From positions 90,088,001 through 90,152,000 of the forward strand of contig OZ076409.1 in assembly GCA_964187785.1 (NCBI GenBank): 64,000 bases of DNA, in the 5' to 3' direction. The stretch is from Amphiscolops sp. MND2022 (lineage: Eukaryota). The position numbers were made by a program, and so were the translations under genes. Positions 36,261 through 49,500 of the stretch are shown one piece after another (position 1 is the stretch's first letter; the number at the start of each line of letters is the position of its first letter). The notes beneath the pieces were generated by a model. The model did not search any database. It was not told the origin of the DNA and worked only from the letters and a program-made list of their open reading frames with translations.

Positions 36261-36746
36261 CGTGGTGGGGTATTTTTGGATCGAAATTTTGTGTGAGCGA
36301 AAAGCGAGATCGAAATAGGATCGAAGGTTTTGAGATCGAATTTTTCCGGTTTTGCTAGGTATTTGCTCCTGTGAAGTGTTTAAAAGCGTTTAAAATTATT
36401 TAGGTAGTTTTCTCCACCAAATATGGGATCATATACGGTGTATGCACGCTCGCCCTCACCGTCGCAAAGACCAGCTCCCACTACGATCGCTTCGCGATCT
36501 CCGTTCCCGCTAGGTCTTTGCTCCTGTTCGACCTCGTTTAGCAAGATGGGAACATAAGCGGCCCCGAGGGGCCACGGGGCATTAGAGGAAATAGGGGGCA
36601 TAACAGACGGTCAAAAACATTGTTATTTGAAAACGCTAGGTATTTGAAAACATGAATTCGATCTCATTTTCCTTGGCCATTTTACTTCGATCTCAGTGAC
36701 AGATTGCATATTCGCGCAAATTCATTCGATCCAAACGCCCACCGCC
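36261..36746. mobile_element. MITE (GATCGAA-repeat arms) carrying central cassette 1
   Basis: GGTGGGG..TTTGGATCGAA and TTCGATCCAAACGCCCACC inverted termini; cassette at ~36437-36602. Confidence 0.7.
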
Positions 36747-36915
36747 TTTTAAGTAATATTTGGCCTCCTTCTCTACTCTACACTAATCAAGTATTAATGT
36801 TTCCACATTCAACTGCTAGAAGTGCAGATATCCTAAACCCAGGTAATTTAGCAATCATACCCCAACATATTAATATGGTGGGAATATTTTTGGTACACAA
36901 ACTTTCAATTGTAAA

Positions 36916-37265
36916 GGGTGGCTGTAAATAGGTCGAATTTTTCTGGTCGAAAGGACAGAGGTCGAAACTTTTGATCGAATTGCAGGGATCGAAAGGAATG
37001 CGGTCGAACTTTATCGTATTGGATGTATGGCTCGGTCGCTTCGCTCCCTTCGCCAAGTAGCAACATTGAGGCATGGCCATATGGCACGTCGCTCCGCTTC
37101 GCTTCGCTCCTGCATTCAGGGCACTAGGGGTATGTGAACATATCTGACTACGTTATAAAAATTTCGATCCGAGTTGTTTCGATCCCATTCAAAAAATTTG
37201 GTATGTCTACCTGAGGACTAACTGTGATTTTCGATCCCGTTCCTTCGACCTACTTCCGCCCACCC
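36916..37265. mobile_element. Mutator-type MITE carrying cassette 2
   Basis: GGGTGG...AGGTCGAA TIRs; 9-bp TSD AATTGTAAA/AAATGTAAA (one mismatch). Confidence 0.85.
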
Positions 37266-37269
37266 AAAT

Positions 37270-37890
37270 GTAAATCGTGATCCCGATGAAACTAAGGCAA
37301 TGTATATACAATATTCTAGACAATCCTCAGTCAGTACTTTTAAGAAGGAGGTGGATGAGTATTGCAGGCACTTATGGCAACGAGAATCAAAACAAGGTCT
37401 TATGTACTCAAATTACTCAGGGCTTAAAGTAAGAAACAGCATCATGAAAAAGCTTGCACCATATCCTAGGAAAGTTTCTGTCAAAACGTTTCGTGTTCTA
37501 ATGAATCACTTTGAAGTAAGCGAAGTATTATTCAGAAGTAAAAAGAGCAAATTCGATATTTGTCCCTATTGTAGAGTTGTCGATGATACTGCACATTTCT
37601 TATTTTCCTGTGTCTCATATCAAGAACACCGAAGGAGTTTCCTTAAGGAGCTTCAAAATCAAAACATTGACGAAACGCTAGTTGGTTTGCTAAATTGCGA
37701 AAACAAGCATGTTATAAACGCGTTGGCTGGCTTTATTGCGAGCATCGATTAATTCTTGTAACTCTGCAAACCTCACTTGCCTTCCTTCTGTGTCCATTCT
37801 ATTCATACTGTTTACTTTGTTCTGTAATCAATGATAGAAAGTCATTTGTACTGCCACATCCCGAAGGTAAATAGATCTCTTCTTCTTCTT
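37270..37890 (+). mobile_element. 3' fragment of another LINE (C-terminal CCHC domain, (TCT)n tail)
   Basis: ORF 37300-37752 ends in CPYC...DDTAHFLFSC..Y...R; short 3' UTR ends TCTTCTTCTTC. Confidence 0.7.
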
Positions 37891-38385
37891 CCAAAAACTT
37901 TGCCCCGGGTTCAAAACACCAAAGAAAGATGAACTTGTCATTCTTGGTTTACCGCTCGGCCCGAAATCTCAAGCAGACTTATTGGAAAAGAAAATCAATG
38001 AACTGGAAAATGTTATTGGAATTGTTGAAAAACTAGATGCGCACTATGGTTTTTTCATCTTGAAAAATTGCTTCAGTCTGCCAAAGTTGTTCTACTTCCT
38101 GATAACCAGCACATGTTTTAATCATCCAGCTCTCTTGGAAAAGTATGACAAAACCGTACGCGACAGGCTTTCCAAAGTGTGTAATGTGGACTTCGACGTT
38201 ATTTCGACTACTCAGCTGGCTCTGCCCGCTGAAATGGGTGGTCTTGGGGTGCCATCCGCATTAGTATTAGCACTTCTCCCTTTTTTGGCCTCAGCTTTTG
38301 GTGCGACTGGCTTTCTGACGACGAGTTTCTTGGAAACAATCGAAGAAGTTTCATTTACAAAAGCGTTTGGGAAATGGTTGAGTTT

Positions 38386-38895
38386 GGGTGGGCGGAAATA
38401 GGTCGAAGGAACGGGATCGAGAGTCAGAGTTAGTCCTCGGGTCGACATACCAAATTTTTGAATGGGATCGAAACAACGCGGATCGAAATTTTGATTTTTG
38501 GGAAACAAATCGAATTGCCGCAGATAGAATTTTCTAGAAAAGTATAAAACGTGTCTCGGATATGTCCCCATTTCCGCTAGTGCCCCGCCGTCCCTTGGAG
38601 CCGTTTATGTTCCCATCTTGCTAAGCGAGGTCGAACAGGAGCAAAGACCAAGCAGGAGCGGATATCGCGAAGCAATCGTAGTGGGAGCTGGTCTTTGCGA
38701 CGGTGAGGGCGAGCGTGCATACACAGCATATGCAACATATTATGATTGTCAATCGACTTGAGGCAAACAAAGAACGTTTCCGGATCGAAGGCTTCAATCA
38801 AATTCGACGGCATTCCATTCGATCCCTGCAATTCGATCAAAAGGTTTGTCCTCTGTCCTTTCGACCAGACAATTTCGACCTTTTTACAGCCACCC
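38386..38895. mobile_element. Mutator-type MITE (same arms as 36916-37265) carrying cassette 1
   Basis: Perfect 9-bp TSD GTTGAGTTT; GGGTGG...CACCC termini; inserted in the CRE ORF. Confidence 0.9.
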
Positions 38896-40049
38896 GTTGA
38901 GTTTGACGATTGAACAAGAAAGTCCTCTCGATGGAACCCAGAAAAATTGGACACAACCTGTCTTCGTCAAAACCGCCCAAGATTTGATTTCTAGAATTGA
39001 TGACAAACGTTCGAAAGTTTTCAACGCTCATCAAGGTAAATTCCTGTCTCAATGGCTGAACGTCGTTTCTTGGAAGAACCTTGGCCTGAAACTTGATCAG
39101 CAACTTCGGATTTCAATTGGTTTACGTCTCGGAGCCAACATTTGTGTTGCGCATACGTGCCACTGTGGTAAAAGAGTTGAACGGGACGGTTCACACGGAC
39201 TTTCTTGCACCAAGAGTGCTGGTCGCTTCTTACGTCATGCTACTCGTAAGTCTCTCATAAAGCAGACGTTGGGATCTCTCGACTTGCCTTCAATGGTCGA
39301 ACCGCGCGGACTGTACCAAACCGATGGCAGACGCTCAGACGGTGTTACCATGATTCGTTGGGAAACGGGTAAACAGCTGGTGTGGGATGTCACGGTTGTG
39401 GATGCTCTTGCACCCAGTCGCCTGAATCAAGGCTTTTTATGTAACCCGGGAACCACCGAGGCTGAAGCGCGAAAAATTGAGAAGTATCGCGAATTAATAG
39501 ACAACGGATACATTTTTCAACCGGTGGCCTTGAAAGTACAGGGTTCTTCAGGCGAGAGCAGTGATATTTTCATCACGCGTCTCTGTGAAACGCTCTGTTG
39601 TTCGCACGACGATCAACGAGCTGGCAGCTTTTTGAAGCATCGGATTCAATGGCTCTTCAGATCGGCAATGCGGCCTGTGTTCTAGGAACTGTGAGCGACA
39701 AAGATATTTATTACATAGAGTCTTCATTACATTCTTTAAAAAACTCTATCCTTGCAGCATTTCAATTATTCTACTGGTCGAATGGGATAGTGGCTGGTAT
39801 TAAGAGTTCGTTGGTTTTATTTGTTACTGGTCTACTGAGATAGTGGCTGGTCGGGGCTCCCTACTTTCGTTGCAGACCACCGGTGTGTGTCTTTTCCCAT
39901 TCAACATGACCATACTCATGGCACTTGATGAAGAAGATTCTTGATATCTGATAGGGGATCAAAAAAACTTTTGACGAGCATTCTGAACTTTCATATCAGA
40001 ATGACTTGCCTTGTAGCGCACGCAGAACCATGAACTATTACTTCTCAAA

Positions 40050-41960
40050 TTTACGGGCTTCAGCCTCGGTGGCGGTGGTTCCTGGGTTACATCAGGAGCC
40101 TTGATTCAGGCGACTGGGTGCAATAACATCGACAACCGGGACATCCCACAATCCCACACCAAGAATTAGGTCCAGTTTGTAGAACACCAGTTTGTAGAAG
40201 TCTACAAACTGGTCGTAGGTGATCTAATTTGTGGATTTTTTCTACAAACTGGATCATTAAACTTTACAACTGGACATCCTTCACACAAGATCCTGAGAGG
40301 TCCACCGACTAAGATCTAAAGTAATAAGATCTAAAAATTTATATGGAGGGAATACCCGGTGTATGCACGGTTGCCCTCACCGTCGAGATGACCAGCTCCC
40401 ACTAGGATTGGTTGGCGATCTCCGTTCCCGATAGCTCTTTAGTCCTGTTCGACCTCGCTTAGCAAGATGAGAACATAAGCGGCCCCAAGGGGCCGCGTGG
40501 TATTAGAAGAAAAGAGGACATATCCGAGGCACATTTTATACTTTGCATCATTCCTACATTATTGGTCTCATTGTTTTTCTCCTTGAATTGATGATTTACA
40601 AACTCAATTCTATACACCGTTTTCGTACAAACTGGTCGTAAAAAAAATACCACGGTCCAGTTTGTAGAGAAAAAAAGTTCTACAAAATGGACCTCATTTT
40701 TCTACTACTGAATTCTACAAACTGGTTTTCTACAAACTGGTTCCTTACCCTCACCAGCTGTTTACCCATTTCCCAAGGAACCATGGTTACACCACCTGGG
40801 CGTTTGTCATCAGTTCGTTACAGTCCATGCGGTTCGAGCAATGAAGGCAAGTCGAGAGATCCCAACGTCTGCTTTATGAGAGAATTGAGAGTAGCATGAC
40901 GTGAGAAGCGACCAGCACTCTTGATGCAAGAAAGACCGTGTGAACCGTCCCGTTCAACTCTTTTACCACAGTGGCACGTATGCGCAACACAGATGATGGC
41001 TCCGAGACGTAAACCAGTCGAAACCCGAAGCTGCTTTCCATCAAATTTCAGGCCCAGGTTCTTACAAGGAACGCCGTTCAGCTATTGAGACCCGAATTTG
41101 CCTTGATGAGCGTTGAAAACTTTCGAACGTTTGTCATCAATTCTAGAAATCAAATCTTGGGCGGTTTTGACGTAGACAGGTTGTGTCCAATTTTTCTGGG
41201 TTCCATCGAGAGGACTTTCCTGTTCATTCGTCAAACTCAACGGGTGGCTGTAAAAAGGTCGAAATTTTCTGGTCGAAAGGACAGAGGTCAAACCGCATTT
41301 GTAAACGAAAAATCTTCGAATGTTTCCGAGAAAATCGTCGTGAGAAAGTCACTCGCTCGGGAAGCTGAGGCCAAAAAGGCAAAAAACGCTAATATTGATG
41401 CTGATAAAACCCCAAGACCACTCATTTCAGCGTTCAGAGCCTCCTGAGTACTCGAAATATCGTCGAAGTTCCCGTTACACTCCTTGGAAAGCCCGTCGCG
41501 TACTGTTTTGTCATTCTCTTCCAAAAGAGCTGGATGATTGAAACATGTACTGGTTCTCAGGAAGTACAACATCTCTGGCAGTTCGTAGCAATTTTTTAAC
41601 ATTGAAAAACATAATGTGCATCTTGTTTTTCCACAACTCCATTAAGTTTTTCCAGTTCAATAATTTTCGTTTCCAAAAAGTCTGCCTGGTATTTTGTGCC
41701 GAGCGATGAACCAAGAACGATAAGTTCATCTTTCTTTGACGTTTTGATCCAGGAGCAAAATTTTAATATAAGTGCTAAAATTGTCGATTGTCGTTTTTCA
41801 GTGATGTCACCAAGGAAAAAATCGCATTTCGTGGGTTTAATTTTCAGAGTCAGCGTTTTTGCGCTTCAACAATTTTTTGAAATCTTTCAAAACAGGTCTG
41901 TCATCAACACTTGAATTTCCATAGTCAAGGTGCTGAAGTTTATTTTGGACTCCAAACTGT
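40050..41960 (-). mobile_element. Inverted CRE copy
   Basis: Reverse-complement match to ~37890-39480 and 35755-35960; carries a MITE remnant at 41242-41292 and a further MITE at ~40167-40750. Confidence 0.88.
40167..40750. mobile_element. MITE (CCAGTTTGTAGAA-repeat arms) carrying cassette 1
   Basis: CCAGTTTGTAGAA and TTCTACAAACTGG inverted repeats; cassette at ~40360-40545. Confidence 0.75.
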
Positions 41961-41984
41961 CAATCGCAGCCAAAATGAACATTT

Positions 41985-43722
41985 TTAAAATGAAAAAAAT
42001 GGAGTTGTTGAAAAACTGGATGCTCTTTTTGTTTTTTAGGTTGAAAACTGCTTCAGTTCGCCAAAATAGTTGTACTTCTTGAGAGCCAGTACATTTTTTA
42101 ACAATACAACTCCCTTGGAAAAGTATGATAAAACCGTACGCGACGAGCTTTCTAAGGCGTGTGACCTGATGTTTGACAACTTTTTGACTACTCAGCTGGC
42201 TCTGCCCAATGAACATGATGTGGGTTTCATCCGCATTGTTTATCAATTCTCAACTTTACCTGCTTCAGACTCAGTGGCGTTGGTTTTCGGGTTGCATAAA
42301 GAGCATTGATTTAGACAAACGAAAGCAAGAGAATCCACAACTGTGACATCCCACACAAGCTGATTACCAATTTCGCAAGAAACCCTAGAAACACCGTCTG
42401 GACGTTTTTCACCAGTTCGGTACAGTTCACGCGACTTGAGCAATGAGAGAATTCAACGTCTGCTTTATGACAGACAAGAGAGTGCATAATGTGAGAGGCG
42501 ACCAGCACTCTTGGTGTAAGAAAGACCGTGTGAACTGTACCGTTTAGCTCTTTGACCAAAGGTTCAAAATCTCATTTTTCGTTAGTGTTTTGATCTACGA
42601 CAGACTTTTTGGAAGGATGCTAAAATTGTCAATCGTTGTGTTTCAGAGACCTCACCAAATAAAAGAAATCACATTTCCGTAGTTACAATTTAGTCTAAAT
42701 ATTTTTCCGCTCCAACTTTTTTGAGATCTTTCAAAACAGGTCTGTAATCATCACCTAAGGTTCGATTGTCAAGGTACCATAAGTTCATTTTCGACTCCAA
42801 ACTGTCAATCAGATTCTGAATGGAATCTGAAATCAAAACTGGAGTCTCAGGATCTCCTTGCTGGGTCCCTTCACAAGATTTGATAACTGAATCTTCGTAA
42901 AAAAGAAAACTTGGCTGACTGTACGCTGAGTGTGAGTACGTATAAACTTCAGGGTGTATTCCAAAAGATTTCTCTGGCATGAATTGTCGATTTATCGAGT
43001 TGAAAAGGTTTTCACAGTCAATTTTCAAAATTACTCTTTCTTTGGGCTGAGGGCTTTCTATCAAACAACGGAAAACATGTCCGATCGATTCAGGGCCCCT
43101 TTTGGTGCATTCACCTACTTGCCGACTTCAGTATCTTGCTTGAAGTGATTCGAAGACATGGTATCCGGTACATTTCGCGGACAACTGGTGGACAGTATTG
43201 CCTACAGCGATGGAGCGAAGTGCTATATCGGGAGTTTTTAGCGCAATTAGTTTCGAACCAAAGAAGTACGGCTGAAGTTCGAATGTACTTTTCCATCGAG
43301 AATCACACTGACATGATCATTTAAAAGTCTGCCAAAATTCAATTGCGTTTGCTTGTTCGACTCCGAGGTTGAAAAACAATCATTATCTGAGGGGTCCGGA
43401 ACAGAGCAAGTTTTTCTCTGCGGATGTTCGAGCTTGAGGGCCGCGCAGGTGTCGACAGTGAAATCTGCAAACTTGTCGTCGCCAACTGCCATTCTGATTC
43501 CAGCCCTAATATTACCTTCGTCTAATTTAGTGCAAATGGACCGCAGTCATCATTCTAACTCGTTTTTTGCTGCGGTTTTCTGTCGCGTTCCGGTTTTTCC
43601 TCAATAACACCATCCCGAATGCGCTCGTTGATAATTGCACTGAGTGGCCTCGAAACTTAACCAATTGCAGGAATACCAGGAATACCACACTAGGGTGGGT
43701 AACAATCTCCCCAAAAAACAAC
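41985..43722 (-). mobile_element. Further decayed CRE fragments (RT N-terminal part; 41985-42240 is on +)
   Basis: LKIDCENLFNSINR, QQGDP, LWYLDN and RPDG..WDVT motifs; continues beyond the BEL insertion at 54323. Confidence 0.8.
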
Positions 43723-44663
43723 TGTAACGACTGCTTGCCCTTATCCTGCGCTGAGTCTTGACAAACTTTACGCCGCCCTGATCCGTTGCTTAGTGCTGTG
43801 GACCGTCACTAAACAATTCCTGGTTTCTTGCTTTAAAGGACTGTATCTTTGACTGGTGGGTCCGATGTGAACCGTGGAATCTCCTGCGATTCCGCTTTGT
43901 ACTGAACTGGATCCGATGTGATCCGTAACACACTTCCCTCACAGTATCTTCACGTGCTCCGGCTCTCCAACTATGAGAGTAGCTACTCAGTCGCTCTAAC
44001 TCTAGTGAAAAGCTGTGAAGATTGAGAAGTTGATTAATTAGTCTCGCGGTCCTGAGACCAAACTTGACTATAGCTATACAGTGGAGAAAATCTCTATCTA
44101 TTAATGGTATAAATGTGGTTTACAATTACAGTAAATATAAGCAAATATTAGCTGAAATATGCGGTATAAATAAATGACATTTAAAGCATAAAATGAAGGT
44201 ATTGGCTAAGTAAATAAACTATGTGGTGGTTTTGACATTATGGTCAGGTGGGTTAGAAAGTATGTTTACACAATGTAAACATAATAAATGTCAAAGGAGT
44301 TACATTTCTTTCAAGGTCAAATGAGAAATAACATAATTGTTAATACATCAAAATTGGGTTTTCATGGGGTCCGACCTAGGTCACTTTGGGTTTTAATTGC
44401 TCGGAACCCAGGGGAGATACGAGGTAGAGTGTTTCGAGTGAAAAGTTGAGTTAGCACCTCTAGTATATGCATGCTAAGTTTCAGGGTCATTGGACAAGCG
44501 CTTCTTAAAAAGGGGGTGGCCCTTTTTTACACACGGCTAATTTTGCTGAAAGTTGCAATTTTCCAATGAAACTCTTGTTCAACTTTCTAAGAGTTTTGAG
44601 TTCTAAGTTTCATCAGTCACGTTCGAACTTGAGTTTCTGAGCTCGCAATTGACTGGTGCATCA
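43723..44663 (-). repeat. BEL 3' LTR
   Basis: TGTAAC...GCATCA, preceded on the minus strand by the PPT CAGGGCCGGAAA. Confidence 0.9.
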
Positions 44664-45220
44664 TTTCCGGCCCTGTTTTGCTCCTGAAACACACTTTCGT
44701 ACAACATGGGTGCCAGTTTCACTACTGGTCGTTTCAGTTTTCCATATTCAGTTTTCACCAGCGCTGATCTAACTCGCCCATCGCTTCCATGATAGACTTC
44801 TAACACTCTACCCATCTTGTAATGTGCTCTTTTCACATTTTCATCCACTATCCAAACCAAATCATTGACTTCCAGTTGTCGAACTTCTTCTTTATTCCAT
44901 TTTCTGAAAGAGTCACGTTGCATCATCATTTTTTCCCATGATGCGGCCGGCCCTATGCAAGGCTCAATTTTACAGCTTGTTGTTGTTCGGGCTTTTGAAG
45001 AACCCATTCGCGTCTCTATCAGGGATATTTCGCTTGCAAATTCATCTGCCTTCATATTTGCATGTAGGATGCCATTTGTATTCAACTGAGCGCTTTCGTT
45101 CAGTCCATGTAATCGAATTGAGATATGTTCAAACTTCCGAGCTAGTTTCTCGAATTGCTTGCTGTGGCCAGTGCTCAGTTGAGTGTGCACGTTAGGGTTA
45201 GCTTCTGCCACTGCATCCAT
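44603..45220 (-). pseudogene. BEL integrase C-terminal (DUF5641-like) remnant
   Basis: KW...LEVNDLVWIVDEN..R..YKMGRVLEVYHGSDGRVRSALVKT...KRPVVKLAP. Confidence 0.8.
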
Positions 45221-45540
45221 TCCCGAGTTTCCATTGCCTAACCAGTTGTTACAATTTTCACTGTCGTTCGGAATAATTTTGTCCAGCAGTTTTTTTTCAG
45301 TTCAACATCATGTTTCCTCCAAAATGACATCTTTACGGCTTTTGCTCCATCACTTGCATTGTCTTTTTACGGTTGGTTGCGTTCTGACAAATCACTGGAG
45401 TGTCTTCGATACATCGCTTTTCCTCTTGAATATTCATGAAGTTCGACTTGACACTCTTCTATGAATTCAACCATTTTGTTCATTTGAGAACATTTTCTTC
45501 CCTCTTCATGTGTTAGGGTGTTGACAGCGAGCTTTATTGC

Positions 45541-46587
45541 TTACCTTTGAGTTGATTGCTTTTCTTTCACATGCAGTCGCACAGAGGCGACATCCATATT
45601 CTGTTTCACCATATCAAGCATCACAGTAAATTCTTCCAGGGTTCGGAGGTTTGATTTAATTGCAAAACTTTTATGTTCGTTCTTTTCTTCTACAAATGAG
45701 AAACCCATGTTTTTGTCTTGTTCGACTATCATATGGTCACTCACAGCTAGGTGCATTTCGTCTTGCCAGACTTGCTTGATCTCCAAAAGGAGGGGTTTAG
45801 TACTGACTTTCTGCCAGTTTCTTTCTACAACGAATATGTCTGGTGAGTTCTCCGTATTTTCCTTGGACATTTCGGATACGCTGCAGTGGGAAGTATAGAA
45901 TTCCATGCTCGACCGAGTTTTCATCTGATCCACCAATGGATCCACATCTGCAAAAACCAAACTTTCAGTGGCGAACGTCGCAGTTTCTTGTTGAGGCAAG
46001 GGTCCACGGAGCATCCATCCCAGCTTCGTTCGCACTGCCCAGGGTTTTGCGCTTCCACACTTTCTATATTCCATTGCTCTATGCAAGTGGTAGCAATCTC
46101 GGCCCAAGATGACTTTCACTTCTCCCAAGTTGATGGAAGACTCCCTCAATACTGACAGGTGAGGATATGTTTCTTTTATTTTCTTGAGGTTGTAAGTTCG
46201 ATTTCCTGCATTCACGTTGGGATAACTATATGCCATGATATCTTCTCTGACCTTTCCGTCTTGATCTCCAATCCTGACTCGAAGTCGTTTGCTACTAATA
46301 TTTGACGTTCCATGAATCCCTGCAACATTCAAATCAACTGGCTGTCTCGTCAGATTTAGCGTTTTCACAAGGCTCTCGTCCACAAAGGACAGGCTTGCTC
46401 CAGAGTCGCACAAAGCGAACGTTTTCAGAGTTTTGCTCTCACTCCCTATCGTTACTGGAATTACTGGAAGCACTCCACTGCTTTTCATTGATGACAAATT
46501 GGAGACCTCTTCGACATTTTCAACATTTTCTTTTGTTCCACGTTCTTGTATGGTCTGTGTAGCAATCTGTGATGAGGTTTTCCGCAA
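45541..46587 (-). pseudogene. BEL aspartic protease region
   Basis: VLPVIPV...FALCDSGASLSFV, VILGRD, PWAVRTKLGW. Confidence 0.85.
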
Positions 46588-46589
46588 CC

Positions 46590-49500
46590 ACTTACGTCGC
46601 AGAGTCTACCAGAGCAATTTCTCATCTGATGCGCGTCTGACAAACATTTGAAGCACAATTTCAACTCTTTCGCCTTTTGTCCTCTTTCTTCGACGTTCAT
46701 CTTCTTGAACTTCTCACATTTCCATATGGGATGTTTGCCATCTTTCAGCGCACACTCTCGCTGGTATTTTGAGTTGTCACTGGCTGTGTTTGTTGTTGAT
46801 GTGGCAAACGTGGAGCCTTTGGCTTTTCCTTGTAGTTCGACTTCGCGCGATCAGCATTCGGGTTTGAAGACAAAAGCAATTCGTCTTGAACATCTGCTAT
46901 ATCATTGAGCCATTCACTGAACACAGCGAGTCCAGGTTGATACAGGTTTATTTGCTTGACATAAATGAGCCACTTCGTTTTCATGTCCAGTGTTAACTTC
47001 CTTGTGGCACTGCCCAGGACTCCTTCTGATCTGAGTTTAGGTCTCCCATGTAGTTGAATTGTGTCAGAACGTTCAATCATTTCGACACTATTCTCGCAAA
47101 CTTGATAAATGCGGCTCCATCATAAGGTTTCATAGGAGGAAAAGATTAGATTCGTTTCAGCTGGGCATTCACAACCATTTGAGGTTTTCTAAAGTTTCAA
47201 ACTAGAATGTTCCACGCCACATTGTACATTTCAGCGGTGTACCCAAGGCCAGCAATCGCTTCTTTGGCTTTGCCCGTGACCATTGTTTTCAGGTGATTCA
47301 TCTTCACACTGTCGTCCATGTTTGCTGCGTGGACGATTGCTTGAACCAGTTGTGACCACTCTGGCCACTCCAATGGGTCACCTGAAAATTCTGCCAACTT
47401 CAGTTTTGGCAAGCTTGATCTGATGTAGTAGTCATCTCTTACGTTCGACCCCGTGTTTGGCCCTTGACTTGGCGAATACTGCTTCTGTGTGGTCGCAAGC
47501 TGTGGTACTTGAAATGCACCACTCGGGATGCCTCCAAACGTAGGTGGTAACCGATTCTGGTCTGCACTGAGAGTCATCGACGGCTTCGATGAGGCGAATT
47601 TCACTTCTGGTTGTGCTGTTGCTCTTTGACTGCCAACATCTATGACAGTCTTTGTTCTGTCCTTTCCAATATCTCGCTCAGCGGTCTCTGTGGACATGAC
47701 CGGTTTCAATGAGGACTTCAAATCCCTCACTTGCGCGGAGCCTTGTCCTCAATGAATTGATCGTACTGTAATCACTGGTGCTGAGATGGACGTTTGCTGG
47801 TATCCTGGTGGCACGTTAATCGACGATGTCACACTTTTAGCTTCTTCTGTCTTGTCCATCCATCCTGAAACTTTCGTCAGATTGTCGTCTGGAGTCCCGA
47901 CTGGTGAGATTCTTCGGAAGCTAGACCCACAAATACTCGAAACTTTTGCCATCTCTATTTCCTTTTCAGCAATTTTGGCCCTGAGGGCCACCTCTTCTTG
48001 CAAGTCTTCTGTCTCCTTTTCTTTCGCTTCTCTTTCCAGTTGTTTTGCTTCTCGTTCTAGTTTCTCCAGGCGCTTTTGCAGTTCTTCGTGCTCTTTCAGA
48101 GCTTTCAGCTCGAAATTCATAACTCGTCTTGCACTTGATGTTTTTGAAATCACAGACGTTTTGTTACTTTTGGTTTTGTCACCTTGCGAATGTATGCTCA
48201 ATTCTTTAATTTGCAGCGATCTAGCTCTCTTTCTTGGATCTTGTCTGTCATCTGCGCTCTGACCATCGATTTCTTTTTGCTCGTTGTCTGGTTCCGGTTT
48301 CTTTTGTGGTGAAGTGCCATTTTTACTTGATTTGTCTGCGGCTACGCTTGCGCGAACGTCTGCTAGTCTTTGTTCGGCGTCCTCAAGGCTTCGCAAGATG
48401 GCTCCAGCTTCTCCTGATTTCAGGAGAGCTTCAATTTTCAGATTGATGTCAGACCTCTCTTGAAGCAATTCTTGACATGCTGCTGCATAATCTGCTTCGG
48501 CGTCCTCGCCGTTTTCAATTCGTTTACCGCACAACTTTTCGTTTTGTACGATTTTTTCATCAATAGCACGTTTCTTTTCTTCAAGATCCAGGTAGTTCAG
48601 TATCTGATTTTCATCTTGCTATGCTGACATCAATATTATCATCTTTCCATTTCCATAGTTTTTTGCTGCAACTCAACAAATCGAATCTTTATTTCTTTGT
48701 TCACTGTTGAGAATATTTCGTGTATCTGCGGTTGATACTTGATTTTTATTGCATTTTCGACTGCCTTAATGAGTCGTTCTCGCCTGTTGATGGCATCTGT
48801 TCGTCGTAACAGTAGCTCTGCTATCTGCTTGTCGTCATCATTGCTAGCTAGATTTTCATCAATTACTTTCACGGTCTTTCCGTGCTCGACAGCTGCATTC
48901 AAATAACTCCGCGTTTGCGGGTTGTCTGCAGAGTTCTTCAGTTCTGCAGGGATGACTATATGCCATGATATCTTCTTTGACCTTTCCGTCTTGATCTCCA
49001 ATCCTGACTCGAAGTCGTTTGCTACTAATATCTGACGTTCCATGAATCCCTTCAACATTCAAATCCACTGGCTGTCTCGTCAGATTTAGCGTTTTCACAT
49101 GGCTCTCGTCCACAAAGCACAGGCTTGCTCCAGAGTCGCACAAAGCGAACGTTTTCAGAGTTTTGCTCCCACTCCCTATCGTTACTGGAATTACTGGAAG
49201 CACTCCACTGCTTTTTATTGATGACAAATTGGAGACCTCTTCGACATTTTCAACATTTTCTTTTGTTCCACGTTCTTGTATGGTCTGTGTAGCAATCTGT
49301 GATGAGGTTTTCCGCAACCACTTACGTTGCAGAGTCTACCAGAGCAATTTCTCATCTGATTCGCGTCTGACAAACATTTGAAGCACAATTTCAACTCTTT
49401 CGCCTTTTGTCCTCTTTCTTCGACGTTCATCTTCTTGAACTTCTCACATTTCCATATGGGATTTTTGCCATCTTTCAGCGCACACTCTCGCTGGTATTTC

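Larger units (their letters stand above)
35734..39967 (+). mobile_element. CRE-clade non-LTR retrotransposon, 3' half (RT, CCHC, REL endonuclease, 3' UTR), interrupted by nested insertions
   Basis: WYLDDG RT motif (35734-35960); resumes at ~37890 with LPAEMGGLG, CHCG...HGLSC, RH, RSDG, WDVT, ARKIEKY and P.ALKVQG. Frameshifted. Confidence 0.88.
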
